Position numbers and translations under genes: made by a program | The notes under the pieces: generated by a model | The model's input: the letters and a program-made list of their open reading frames with translations, nothing else | Told to the model about the DNA's origin: nothing | Databases searched by the model: none | Part shown: positions 23,606 to 32,510 of the stretch, piece by piece | How positions within the stretch are numbered: the stretch's first letter is position 1 | How the letters are laid out: each line of letters starts with the position of its first letter | DNA from: an uncultured Gammaproteobacteria bacterium | Lineage (GTDB): Bacteria > Patescibacteriota > Patescibacteriia > UBA1558 > S5-K13 | DNA: 62,803 nt | Direction of reading: 5' to 3' | Assembly (NCBI GenBank): GCA_964486685.1 | Contig: CAZAOE010000004.1 | Location: forward strand, 1-62,803

Positions 23606-25861
23606 ATGGAAAATAACTTTCTAAAACAAAAGTTTGATGGTCTTCATATTAGTCCAGAAGTAGAAAGTGCTACTAAGAGAAAAGAAGTAAGAGAAGGAAG
23701 TAAAAAAATTACTAAACCAACAGAAAAGATAGAAGCACATCTAGATAGATTAGATGAAATTTTTAGTACAGAAGATAATAATAAAAGAAAATTTAGAATA
23801 AACTTCTTAAAGGATAAACTACATGATAAGTTTATTATTAAGCCAGAAGATATTCCTGAAAGCTATTATGACCAACAAAGAAGAATAGTTAGGCAAGAAG
23901 GACATGGAGATGTAGAAATTACTCCAAATATGAGAAAAGATGCTGAAACAACTATTGTAGCTGATCAAAAAGCAAGTTTAGATACTTGGATTGATTATTT
24001 GGGATCAAAAGATGCTACTTATCCAAACTATCTTAAATATTTTGCTTTTAGAGGAATAATCAAACTAGGAAAGTATAATAAAGAAAAACAAAAATTTGCT
24101 AATCGAACCAAAGAAACAGTAGCTCCTTTTATAGAACTAAATCGAGAAGCCTTAGCTTATGTCTTGGATGCTTTAGAAAAAGAACATCAAGGACAAGAAC
24201 AAGGCGAACTATCAGAAGAATTTAAAAAATATCTGAAGAATGCTAACTTTGGTAAAATGTATGCTCAAGCAATTAAAGATATCTACAAACAAGGAGGAAT
24301 GGAGAAACTAGATATCCATGACGGAAAATGGATTAAATATGAACAAGGAAATAATTATCAAAAATTACATAAATCTCTCCAAGGAAAAGCAACTGGTTGG
24401 TGTACGGCTGGTGAAAGCACCGCTAATACTCAATTAAAGAATGGTGATTTCTATGTTTATTATACTAAAAATAATGATGGACAATATACTGAACCACGGA
24501 TAGCTATTCGGATGAATGGTAAAAATAAGATTGGTGAAATTAGAGGAGCGGCTCCTAATCAAAATCTAGAATCAGAAGCTGAAGAAATCTTAGATGAAAA
24601 ACTAACTGAATTTCCAGATTCAGAAGCATACAAACAGAAAAGTCATGATATGAAGTTATTAACTCAGATTGAAGAAAAACAAAATAATAATCAAGAACTA
24701 AGCAAAGAAGATCTTAAATTCCTTTATGAAGTAAATAATCCGATTAAAGGCTTTGGTTATCAGAAAGATCCTCGAATCAAGGAAATACAAGACCAAAGAA
24801 ATGTTAAAAAAGATCTTTCTTTTGTTTTTGAATGTTCCCAAGAACAAATTAGCGCAACAAAAGAAGAGGCCTTAAAAGGAGATATTAAATTTCATTATGG
24901 CAATCTTGATCTTTATGGTCTGCAATCAGCTGAAGGACTTACGCTACCCGAAAGTATAGGTGGTGGTCTTTATCTTAGCGGACTTAAATCAGCTGAGGGA
25001 TTAAAACTACCAGAAAATATCGGCGGTGATATTATTCTTAATGGTTTACAATCAGCTAAAGGACTTAAACTACCTGAGAACATGGGTGGTAATCTTGATC
25101 TTGATGGTCTAACCTCAGCCGAAGGATTAAAACTACCAGAAAGTATAAGCGGTTATCTTGATCTTAGTGGTCTGCAATCAGCTGAAGGACTTAAACTACC
25201 TGAGAACATGGGTGGTAATCTTTATCTTGGTGGTCTGCAATCAGCTGAGGGATTAAAACTACCTGAGAACATGGGTGGTAATCTTGATCTTGATGGTCTA
25301 ACCTCAGCCGAAGGATTAAAACTACCAGAAAGTATAAGCGGTTATCTTGATCTTAACGGACTTAAATCGGTAGAAGGACTTAAACTACCTGAAAGTATAA
25401 GTGGTAGTCTTTGGCTTAGTGGTCTGCAATCAGCTGAAGGACTTAAGCTGCCTGAAAGTATAAGTGGTGATCTTTATCTTAGTGGTCTGCAATCAGCTGA
25501 AGGACTTACGCTACCCGAAAGTATAGGTGGTGGTCTTTATCTTAGCGGACTTAAATCAGCTGAGGGATTAAAACTACCAGAAAATATCGGCGGTGATATT
25601 ATTCTTAATGGTTTACAATCAGCTGAGGGACTTGAACTACCCGAGAACATAGGTGGTGGTCTTTATCTTAATGGTCTTCGATCAGCAGAAGGGCTTAAGC
25701 TGCCTGAGAGTATAAATGGTGATCTTGATCTTAGTGGTCTGCAATCAGCTGAAGGACTTAAGCTACCTGAAAATATAAGTGGTAATCTTGATCTTCGTGG
25801 TCTGCAATCAGCTGAAAAAGAAAAATTAAGAGAAAAATATCCTAATTTAAATATTATATAA
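23606..25861 (+). CDS. large repeat protein: unrecognised N-terminal domain (~430 aa) plus 14.5 LRR-like 21-aa repeats
   Basis: 751 aa. The repeat consensus is GLQSAEGLKLPE[SN]I[SG]G.L.L. No signal peptide is evident. Confidence 0.8.
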   Translation: MENNFLKQKFDGLHISPEVESATKRKEVREGSKKITKPTEKIEAHLDRLDEIFSTEDNNKRKFRINFLKDKLHDKFIIKPEDIPESYYDQQRRIVRQEGHGDVEITPNMRKDAETTIVADQKASLDTWIDYLGSKDATYPNYLKYFAFRGIIKLGKYNKEKQKFANRTKETVAPFIELNREALAYVLDALEKEHQGQEQGELSEEFKKYLKNANFGKMYAQAIKDIYKQGGMEKLDIHDGKWIKYEQGNNYQKLHKSLQGKATGWCTAGESTANTQLKNGDFYVYYTKNNDGQYTEPRIAIRMNGKNKIGEIRGAAPNQNLESEAEEILDEKLTEFPDSEAYKQKSHDMKLLTQIEEKQNNNQELSKEDLKFLYEVNNPIKGFGYQKDPRIKEIQDQRNVKKDLSFVFECSQEQISATKEEALKGDIKFHYGNLDLYGLQSAEGLTLPESIGGGLYLSGLKSAEGLKLPENIGGDIILNGLQSAKGLKLPENMGGNLDLDGLTSAEGLKLPESISGYLDLSGLQSAEGLKLPENMGGNLYLGGLQSAEGLKLPENMGGNLDLDGLTSAEGLKLPESISGYLDLNGLKSVEGLKLPESISGSLWLSGLQSAEGLKLPESISGDLYLSGLQSAEGLTLPESIGGGLYLSGLKSAEGLKLPENIGGDIILNGLQSAEGLELPENIGGGLYLNGLRSAEGLKLPESINGDLDLSGLQSAEGLKLPENISGNLDLRGLQSAEKEKLREKYPNLNII
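24905..25815 (+). repeat. 63-nt in-frame tandem repeat array inside the CDS (about 14.5 units)
   Basis: Block 24917-25057 is identical to 25484-25624 (141 nt). Block 25072-25165 is identical to 25261-25354 (94 nt). Confidence 0.9.
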
Positions 25862-25931
25862 GTTATTAAAACAAATAATTATTAAAACAAACTCTTTATG
25901 GGCTTGTTTTTATATGTTAAAATAAAGACAT

Positions 25932-26498
25932 ATGAGAATTTTTTTAGCTTTAAATCTTCCCTTGGGTATTAGGCAAGATATTTTTAATTTATATGCTAAA
26001 ATTAAAGAACCACAAATTAACCCCTCACCTTTTTCTAAGAAAAGATGCGGGGTGAAATGGACTAATTCAGATAATCTGCATATTACTTTAAAATTTATTG
26101 GTGGAGTAGGGGAGAGTGACTTGCAAAAATTAAAAACATTCCTTACTGCTAACCTAAAAATTCCAAGCATAGATTTAAAAATCAAAAACACTATCTTTTT
26201 TCCTAAATTTGGTCAAATAAAAATTATTGCTCTGCAAGGAATCATAGATAAAAAAACTGAGCAAGAAATTAATCATTTTCTAAATTTATTAAATCAAAAA
26301 TTAAAATTCATATCAAAAGACAATCATCCTTTTGCTCCGCATATTACCATTGGTCGAGTCAAAAAATCTATAAAAAAAGAAAATTATGAATTTAAATATG
26401 AAAATGAATGTAAAATAAATAGTATAGAATTAATGCAAAGCACTTTAACTCCTGATGGGCCAATTTACAAAATAATTAAATCTTATGCAACGAATTAA
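25932..26498 (+). CDS. thpR: RNA 2',3'-cyclic phosphodiesterase (2H phosphoesterase, LigT/ThpR)
   Basis: 188 aa with two HxT/S motifs (LHITLKF and PHITIGR). Confidence 0.85.
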   Translation: MRIFLALNLPLGIRQDIFNLYAKIKEPQINPSPFSKKRCGVKWTNSDNLHITLKFIGGVGESDLQKLKTFLTANLKIPSIDLKIKNTIFFPKFGQIKIIALQGIIDKKTEQEINHFLNLLNQKLKFISKDNHPFAPHITIGRVKKSIKKENYEFKYENECKINSIELMQSTLTPDGPIYKIIKSYATN

Positions 26499-27696
26499 TA
26501 TTTTAGGCACAGAAATAGATAAAATAAATTACCAACAAACCCTATCCAAAATAGAGGAGTTTATTAATGATGGCCAACAACATTATCTTATTACTCCCAA
26601 CCCTGAAATAGTTTTAAAAGCCACAAAAAGTGCTTATTATCGTGGCATCTTAAATAATGCTGATTTGTCTTTACCTGATGGCTTTGGGCTAATATTGGGC
26701 TCATGGTTTTTAGGAGATCCTATTTACCATCGTGTAACTGGAGTAGATTTAACTTATAAAATAGTTCAACTAGCCAATGATAATGGCTATAAAATATTTT
26801 TACTTGGAGGAAAAGGAGATGCCGTCCAAATTGCCAAAACAAAGTTAGAGTTAAAATACAAAGATATTCAAATTGTTGGAGCAGAGGAGGGCTTTAAAAA
26901 TATTCAAAATATTTCAAATTCAGAACAAGAAAAGATTATAGAAAAAATAAAACAAAGCCAGGCCCAAATATTATTTGTTGCCTATGGTGCTCCTTTTCAG
27001 GAAAAATGGATTTATAAAAATTTAGAAAAAATGCCCAATATTAAATTAGCTTTAGGTATTGGTGGAACTTTGGATTTTATATCCGGTAAAATAAACCGGG
27101 CCCCTAAAATAATCCGCAAAATTGGATTAGAATGGCTCTGGCGCTGGTTTTTACAGCCCTATCGAGCTCATAGAATATTTAACGCCACTATTAATTATTC
27201 TTATTGTCTTTTAAAATGGAAAATGCATATTTTGAAACCCTATCGAAAAAATGTTGTGGGAATTATAATAAATTACGAAAATAATAAAGTATTGGTTTTA
27301 AATAGAAAAAAATATCTAAATAACTGGCAATTTCCTCAAGGCGGAATAGAAAAAAACGAAACACCTGAGCAGGCAATATTAAGGGAAATGGCTGAAGAAA
27401 CCTCCCTTACTAAGTTAAAAATTATTGGCAAAATAGATAAATTAAATAAATACTATTTTCCAATTTATTGGTCAAAAAAATTACCCCCTGCGGTAATTAA
27501 ATATAATCAAAAATGGTGTGGTCAGGAGCGAATGATTTTTTTCTTAAAACAAACAGGAAGCGAAACTCCTAACCCCAAGGAAGAGCATCAAGATTATAAA
27601 TGGATTGATAAAGATGAACTTTTAAAAACAATACACCCCATAAGACACTCCCTAATAAAAATGATTTTAAAAAAAATTGATAAGTATCTCAATTAA
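26485..27696 (+). CDS. WecB/TagA/CpsF-family glycosyltransferase fused to a C-terminal NUDIX hydrolase domain
   Basis: 403 aa. The N-terminal ~240 aa (ITPNPEIV...LPDGFGL...LGIGGTLDFISGKINRAPK...GLEWLWR) are TagA-like. The C-terminal part carries the Nudix box GGIEKNETPEQAILREMAEETSL. Confidence 0.8.
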   Translation: MQRINILGTEIDKINYQQTLSKIEEFINDGQQHYLITPNPEIVLKATKSAYYRGILNNADLSLPDGFGLILGSWFLGDPIYHRVTGVDLTYKIVQLANDNGYKIFLLGGKGDAVQIAKTKLELKYKDIQIVGAEEGFKNIQNISNSEQEKIIEKIKQSQAQILFVAYGAPFQEKWIYKNLEKMPNIKLALGIGGTLDFISGKINRAPKIIRKIGLEWLWRWFLQPYRAHRIFNATINYSYCLLKWKMHILKPYRKNVVGIIINYENNKVLVLNRKKYLNNWQFPQGGIEKNETPEQAILREMAEETSLTKLKIIGKIDKLNKYYFPIYWSKKLPPAVIKYNQKWCGQERMIFFLKQTGSETPNPKEEHQDYKWIDKDELLKTIHPIRHSLIKMILKKIDKYLN

Positions 27697-27889
27697 CCTA
27701 TTAATCAATTAACCCCTCACCTTTTTTGGAAACAAATTGTTATGATAATTATCATTTTAAAATAAAAATAATCCTCTTACTTTTTTAAATAAAAAAGGTG
27801 AGGGGTTAACCTATTAATTTTATGAAGCCCGTAAGATAGATAATCCATTTTATGGGAATAAAATATTACCATAATAAACTATAAAAAAT

Positions 27890-29344
27890 ATGACTAGTAA
27901 AATAAAACAAAATATATCTAACGGGCTGAAATTACGTTTTGCTCCCTCACCAACTGGATATTTACATATAGGCGGATTAAGAACTGCTCTATATAATTAT
28001 TTATTTGCTCAAAAAAATAATGGAAAATTTGTATTAAGAATAGAAGATACAGACCAAAAAAGACACGTTCAAGGTGCTGACAAACAAATTATTGAAACTT
28101 TAAAAATCTTTGGAATAAAATTTGATGAAGGTCCTTTTTATCAATCTCAAAGATTAGCAATATACAAAAAATATGTCCAGAAATTAATAGCAAACAATAA
28201 GGCCTATTATTGCTTTTGTTCTAAAGAACGCTTAGATGAAATGAGAAAAAAACAAATTGCCGAAAAAAAAATTCCAAAATATGACCGTCATTGTTTAAAT
28301 TTATCTAAAGAAACAATAGAAAAAAAACTAAAAAATAAAGAACCTTATGTAATTAGATTAAAACTTCCAGATAATCAAGATATTGTTTTTCAAGACGAGG
28401 TTTATGGTCAAGTAAAAATCAATACAAATGACATGGATGACCAGGTTTTATTAAAATCTGACGGTTATCCAACATATCATTTAGCTGTTGTAGTAGATGA
28501 TCATGAAATGGGTATTACGCATATAATTAGGGGCGAGGAGTGGCTTCCATCAACACCAAAGCATATTTTGCTTTATCAAATGTTTAATTGGGAAATCCCA
28601 AAATTTATTCATTTACCATTATTATTAAATCCTGATAAATCTAAATTATCCAAAAGACAAGGAGATGTAACAGCAGAGGACTTTCTTAAAAAAGGATATC
28701 TCCCAGAAGCAATTTTAAACTATATAGCTTTCTTAGGTTGGAATCCAAAAACAACTAAAGAAATTTATTCAGTAGAGGAGTTAATTAAAGATTTTGATCT
28801 TGCTAAAATAAACAAAGCTGGTGCCATTTTTAATATTGAAAAGCTTAATTGGTTTAATGCCGAATATGTCCGCAATATAGTCAAAGTAAAAGGCAAAAGA
28901 TATCAAAAATTATTAGAAGAAGTAAAAAAATATTTTCCTAAAGATTTAGCTAAAAATAAATTAGAAAACATATTTATAGTTTTGTCAAGTAGATTAAATT
29001 ACTTATCCGAATTAAAAGAATCCAGTAAATTTATTTTCAAATTACCTAATTATGATTCTAAAATGCTGATATTTAAAAAAAGCGACACCAAAACAACTCT
29101 AAAGGGTTTAGAAATAGTTTATAATGAATTAGAAAAAACAAAGGAATGGGCTCTAAAAAATTTAGATAATAACTTGAAAAACATAGTAAATAATAATGAA
29201 TTAAAAGCCGGAGATGTATTTTGGCCTGTCAGAGTAGCTGTTTCTGGATTAGAAAAAAGCCCCAGTCCAGCCGAGATATTGTGGGTTTTGGGTAAAAAAG
29301 AAAGTTTAAAAAGAATTACAAAAGCTATTAATAGATTAAAATAA
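27890..29344 (+). CDS. gltX: glutamyl-tRNA synthetase
   Basis: RFAPSPTGYLHIGGLRTALYNY (HIGH) and KLSKRQG (KMSKS). The start is uncertain between ATG 27890 and in-frame CTG 27926 (see findings). Confidence 0.9.
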   Translation: MTSKIKQNISNGLKLRFAPSPTGYLHIGGLRTALYNYLFAQKNNGKFVLRIEDTDQKRHVQGADKQIIETLKIFGIKFDEGPFYQSQRLAIYKKYVQKLIANNKAYYCFCSKERLDEMRKKQIAEKKIPKYDRHCLNLSKETIEKKLKNKEPYVIRLKLPDNQDIVFQDEVYGQVKINTNDMDDQVLLKSDGYPTYHLAVVVDDHEMGITHIIRGEEWLPSTPKHILLYQMFNWEIPKFIHLPLLLNPDKSKLSKRQGDVTAEDFLKKGYLPEAILNYIAFLGWNPKTTKEIYSVEELIKDFDLAKINKAGAIFNIEKLNWFNAEYVRNIVKVKGKRYQKLLEEVKKYFPKDLAKNKLENIFIVLSSRLNYLSELKESSKFIFKLPNYDSKMLIFKKSDTKTTLKGLEIVYNELEKTKEWALKNLDNNLKNIVNNNELKAGDVFWPVRVAVSGLEKSPSPAEILWVLGKKESLKRITKAINRLK

Positions 29345-29361
29345 TGTTTTGAAATTTTAAA

Positions 29362-30594
29362 ATGATCCGCTATAATAAAACCATGGTCAAACAAAACAAA
29401 AATATCAGAAAAATACTCAGCGTTTTTTTAATGCTTCTTATTTTAATTCCCTTAAATCAAACTCGGTCTGAAACTATACAAGAATTAAATAAAAGAATAT
29501 CTGAACAAAAAAGAGTAATTGAAGAACTAAATAAACAAAGACAAGTATATCAAAACCAAATAAAACAAAAACAACAGGAGGCTGTCAGCTTAAAAAATGA
29601 ATTATCCACCTTAGATAATAAAATTGCTGACCGCACCTTGGGCATTCAAACTACAGAACTACAAATTCAAAATACTGGATTAGAAATAAAAGCTATTAAT
29701 CTAGAAATGAATAAAAAAGAAGCGGAAATAAAAATAAATAAAAAAAGAATAAAAAACTCATTACAAAACCTATATCAAGCAGAAGAAAAAAATGATTATC
29801 TTAAAATTTTATTAATGTATGATAATTTAAGTGATTTTTTTGATGAAATAAATAAATTGAAATCCCTGCAATCTGATTTAAATTTAAAATTAAATACTTT
29901 AAATGATTTAAAAGAATGGCTGGAGAAAAAAAATGATAGTTTGGACAAATCAAAAACTGAATTAGAAAGTTTAAAAAAGAAACTGGAAATGGATAACGAT
30001 AAACTAAAAGAAGAGCAAGGTGTTAAATTCTTATATTTATCCGAAGCTGAAAACGATGAGTCCAAATTTTACAACTTAATATCAGAATTACAACAAGAAC
30101 AGGCAGAAGCCAATACTTTAATAATTCAATACGAACAAATAGCTCGCCAAAAAATGGCCCAAACCGGAGAAATACCGGATGATAACGGAGAGTTAATTTG
30201 GCCAATGCCATCTAAATATATTACTTCATATTTTCACGACCCTGATTATCCCTTTCGTCGTATATTTGAACATCCTGGTATTGATATCCGGGCTGGGCAA
30301 GGAACACCCATTAAAGCCGCGGGCTCGGGTTATGTTGCCGTAGCTAAAGATAATGGCTATGGTTATAGTTATATCATGTTAGTTCATAATAATGGTTTAT
30401 CTACCGTCTATGGGCATGTCTCGCGCATAGATGTAAAAACTGGCGATTTTGTTTTACAAGGAGATATTATTGGGCTCTCTGGGGGCATGCCAGGTACAAA
30501 AGGAGCTGGCCGTCTAACAACTGGACCCCATCTTCATTTTGAAGTAAGGGTAAACGGAACGCCCGTTAATCCATTAACTTATTTAGGAAATTAA
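29362..30594 (+). CDS. M23-family peptidase with an N-terminal coiled coil (EnvC-like)
   Basis: 410 aa with a signal/anchor segment, long coiled-coil heptads, and a C-terminal HPGIDI...GPHLHFEV LytM motif. Confidence 0.85.
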   Translation: MIRYNKTMVKQNKNIRKILSVFLMLLILIPLNQTRSETIQELNKRISEQKRVIEELNKQRQVYQNQIKQKQQEAVSLKNELSTLDNKIADRTLGIQTTELQIQNTGLEIKAINLEMNKKEAEIKINKKRIKNSLQNLYQAEEKNDYLKILLMYDNLSDFFDEINKLKSLQSDLNLKLNTLNDLKEWLEKKNDSLDKSKTELESLKKKLEMDNDKLKEEQGVKFLYLSEAENDESKFYNLISELQQEQAEANTLIIQYEQIARQKMAQTGEIPDDNGELIWPMPSKYITSYFHDPDYPFRRIFEHPGIDIRAGQGTPIKAAGSGYVAVAKDNGYGYSYIMLVHNNGLSTVYGHVSRIDVKTGDFVLQGDIIGLSGGMPGTKGAGRLTTGPHLHFEVRVNGTPVNPLTYLGN

Positions 30595-30605
30595 TATTTA
30601 TGAAA

Positions 30606-30637
30606 CAAAAAATAGGTTTTTAAAAACCTATTTTTTT
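30606..30637. terminator. bidirectional terminator-like palindrome AAAAAATAGGTTTTTAAAAACCTATTTTTTT
   Basis: Perfect palindrome between the convergent M23 peptidase (+) and recombinase (-) genes, flanked by A and T runs. Confidence 0.7.
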
Positions 30638-30644
30638 ATTAGTT

Positions 30645-31619
30645 TTATTTTAAAGGATGAAATTTTCTATGTACTTCTTCTGCAAATCTATCTGAGGCAT
30701 GCACATATCTAGTGGTAGTATCTAAGGACTCGTGGCCCAATAAAATTTGAATTGCCACTACACTGGCGCCATTTTCAGCTAAATAAGTAGCAAAGCCATG
30801 CCGCAAAGAATGGGCACTCACTGGAATATTTATGTTTAAACGCTCTCGATAATATTTAATTCGATACTGTAAATAATTGGTAGATATTTTAACTCCTTTT
30901 TTATTAACATTTCGACCTCGAATGGGAACAAAAAGACATTTAAAATCGTCTTTTCTCAATAATAAATATTCATTTAAATATTTTTTAGATCTTTCCGTTA
31001 AATAAACAAATCTTTCTTTTTTCCCCTTACCTAAAATAAATATACGGCCAGTTTTATCAATTTGATCTTTTTTTAAATTTACTAATTCAGAAATTCTCAT
31101 ACCGGTTGAAAAAAGGACCTCTAAAATAGCTCGATTTCTAGCCCCGATTAAAAAATTTTTTTCTAGTTCTGTAGGGGATTCTATTAATTTTACCAATTCA
31201 TCAAACTCTGGAATTTTAGCGTGTTTTTTAATGCTTTTCACTAACTTCACATATTCAGGAAGTAGAGGAGTGGGCTCATCATGTTCTATTAAATATTTTA
31301 AATAAGCCCTTAAAGTAGAAAGAATTCTATTTACAGAATAAGCCGATAATTTTTTTTCTGTGTTAACTTGATTGCTAGTTAATCTATCAACAGAAAAAAG
31401 GTAGGCCTTATACCTATCCACAGATAGTTTATTTAAGTTATGAAATTTTAAACTTTCAGATTCTAAAAAATTAATAAAGACCTTTAAATCCCGTTCATAA
31501 TTATAAATAGTTTCTACAGAGTAGTTATTTACTTGTAAAGATAATAAAAAATCATCCAATAATGGTAATAGCGGTCGAGTAGTGGGCCCAGAAGCTGGTT
31601 TTGGCTTATTTTTAGACAT
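30645..31619 (-). CDS. tyrosine recombinase, XerC/XerD-like
   Basis: 324 aa with ARNRAILEVLFSTGMRISEL, HSLRHGFATYL and LLGHESLDTTTRYVH (R..HxxR..Y catalytic set). Confidence 0.85.
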   Translation of the reverse strand: MSKNKPKPASGPTTRPLLPLLDDFLLSLQVNNYSVETIYNYERDLKVFINFLESESLKFHNLNKLSVDRYKAYLFSVDRLTSNQVNTEKKLSAYSVNRILSTLRAYLKYLIEHDEPTPLLPEYVKLVKSIKKHAKIPEFDELVKLIESPTELEKNFLIGARNRAILEVLFSTGMRISELVNLKKDQIDKTGRIFILGKGKKERFVYLTERSKKYLNEYLLLRKDDFKCLFVPIRGRNVNKKGVKISTNYLQYRIKYYRERLNINIPVSAHSLRHGFATYLAENGASVVAIQILLGHESLDTTTRYVHASDRFAEEVHRKFHPLK

Positions 31620-31718
31620 ATTGTTAATTGAGTATAATATCTCTTACACTCAATTAAATAATAGCATAAATAGAGCTTTTAGCAAACACTTAATACCCTG
31701 TTTAATATATATAGCTCT

Positions 31719-32495
31719 TTACTTGGTCTTTTTAACTTTTAATTTTTTGGCGCCCCTGTCTTTGCCGGCTGTTATAATAAGTTTTAAAAATTTAGATTTA
31801 GCTTGAGGATTAAACATTATAGCATTTTCCCATACACAATGACCTCCAATACCTTTTTTTGGTGGATAAAGAGTTGGTCGAATAACATTTTTTTTACCCA
31901 TTTTTTTATAACCAAGGTTATAAGAATCATTAAAATCCTCAAAGGTTTTAAAATCTACGCCAAACTTATCACACAATCTTTTAATTTCACCAGTCCAAGC
32001 AATACAAAGCCCATAATAAGAAGTTGATAATATTTTATTTAATTCTGTAGATTCTGAAGGTATAAATATTTTAGATTTAACTCCTATCTTACGATAATTT
32101 TGAGCTGCTTTCTCCCCTGCTGCCTTAGTTTCAGCGCCAATATATTTTATAAAACATTTTAAACTTTTTGTCAAGTTAGGATGCATACCCCTGACTGGAC
32201 TATGAACCACAGATTTAGTTTTTAAAATCTGATTAATTTTTTTAGTAATACCAACGTCTACAGTAGATTCAATAATAGTAATCCCTGGTCTATTTTTTTT
32301 AATTTGTCGTACAGATTCTTTAACAAAGCCCTGACTATAAGGAAAACAAATATGCAGAACATCTATTTTATTATTCTTTAAGTCATCTTGCTTTAAATCC
32401 TTAGACAAAATATTATATTTTGATTTTGAATATAACTTGGCCACGGACTTACCAATTTCACCCCAACCCATAATTCCAATTATTTTCTTTTTCAT
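31719..32495 (-). CDS. short NAD(P)-binding dehydrogenase-like protein (UDP-sugar dehydrogenase-related?)
   Basis: 258 aa with the N-terminal Rossmann motif IGIMGWGEIGKSVA and a later GIGGHC segment reminiscent of the catalytic Cys region of UDP-sugar dehydrogenases. Confidence 0.45.
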   Translation of the reverse strand: MKKKIIGIMGWGEIGKSVAKLYSKSKYNILSKDLKQDDLKNNKIDVLHICFPYSQGFVKESVRQIKKNRPGITIIESTVDVGITKKINQILKTKSVVHSPVRGMHPNLTKSLKCFIKYIGAETKAAGEKAAQNYRKIGVKSKIFIPSESTELNKILSTSYYGLCIAWTGEIKRLCDKFGVDFKTFEDFNDSYNLGYKKMGKKNVIRPTLYPPKKGIGGHCVWENAIMFNPQAKSKFLKLIITAGKDRGAKKLKVKKTK

Positions 32496-32510
32496 ATTCT
32501 TTTATATTAT

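Noticed and set aside
24905-25815. Regular 63-nt periodic repeats that could be mistaken for a CRISPR array
   Set aside because: There are no unique spacers between repeats. The whole array is one continuous open frame encoding 21-aa LRR-like units. No cas genes are nearby.
30595-31720. A dif-like XerCD site near the recombinase gene at the strand-switch point
   Set aside because: I looked for a 28-nt imperfect palindrome resembling the canonical dif consensus in the flanks of 30645-31619. I found only the terminator palindrome (30606-30637), which has no dif-like half-sites.
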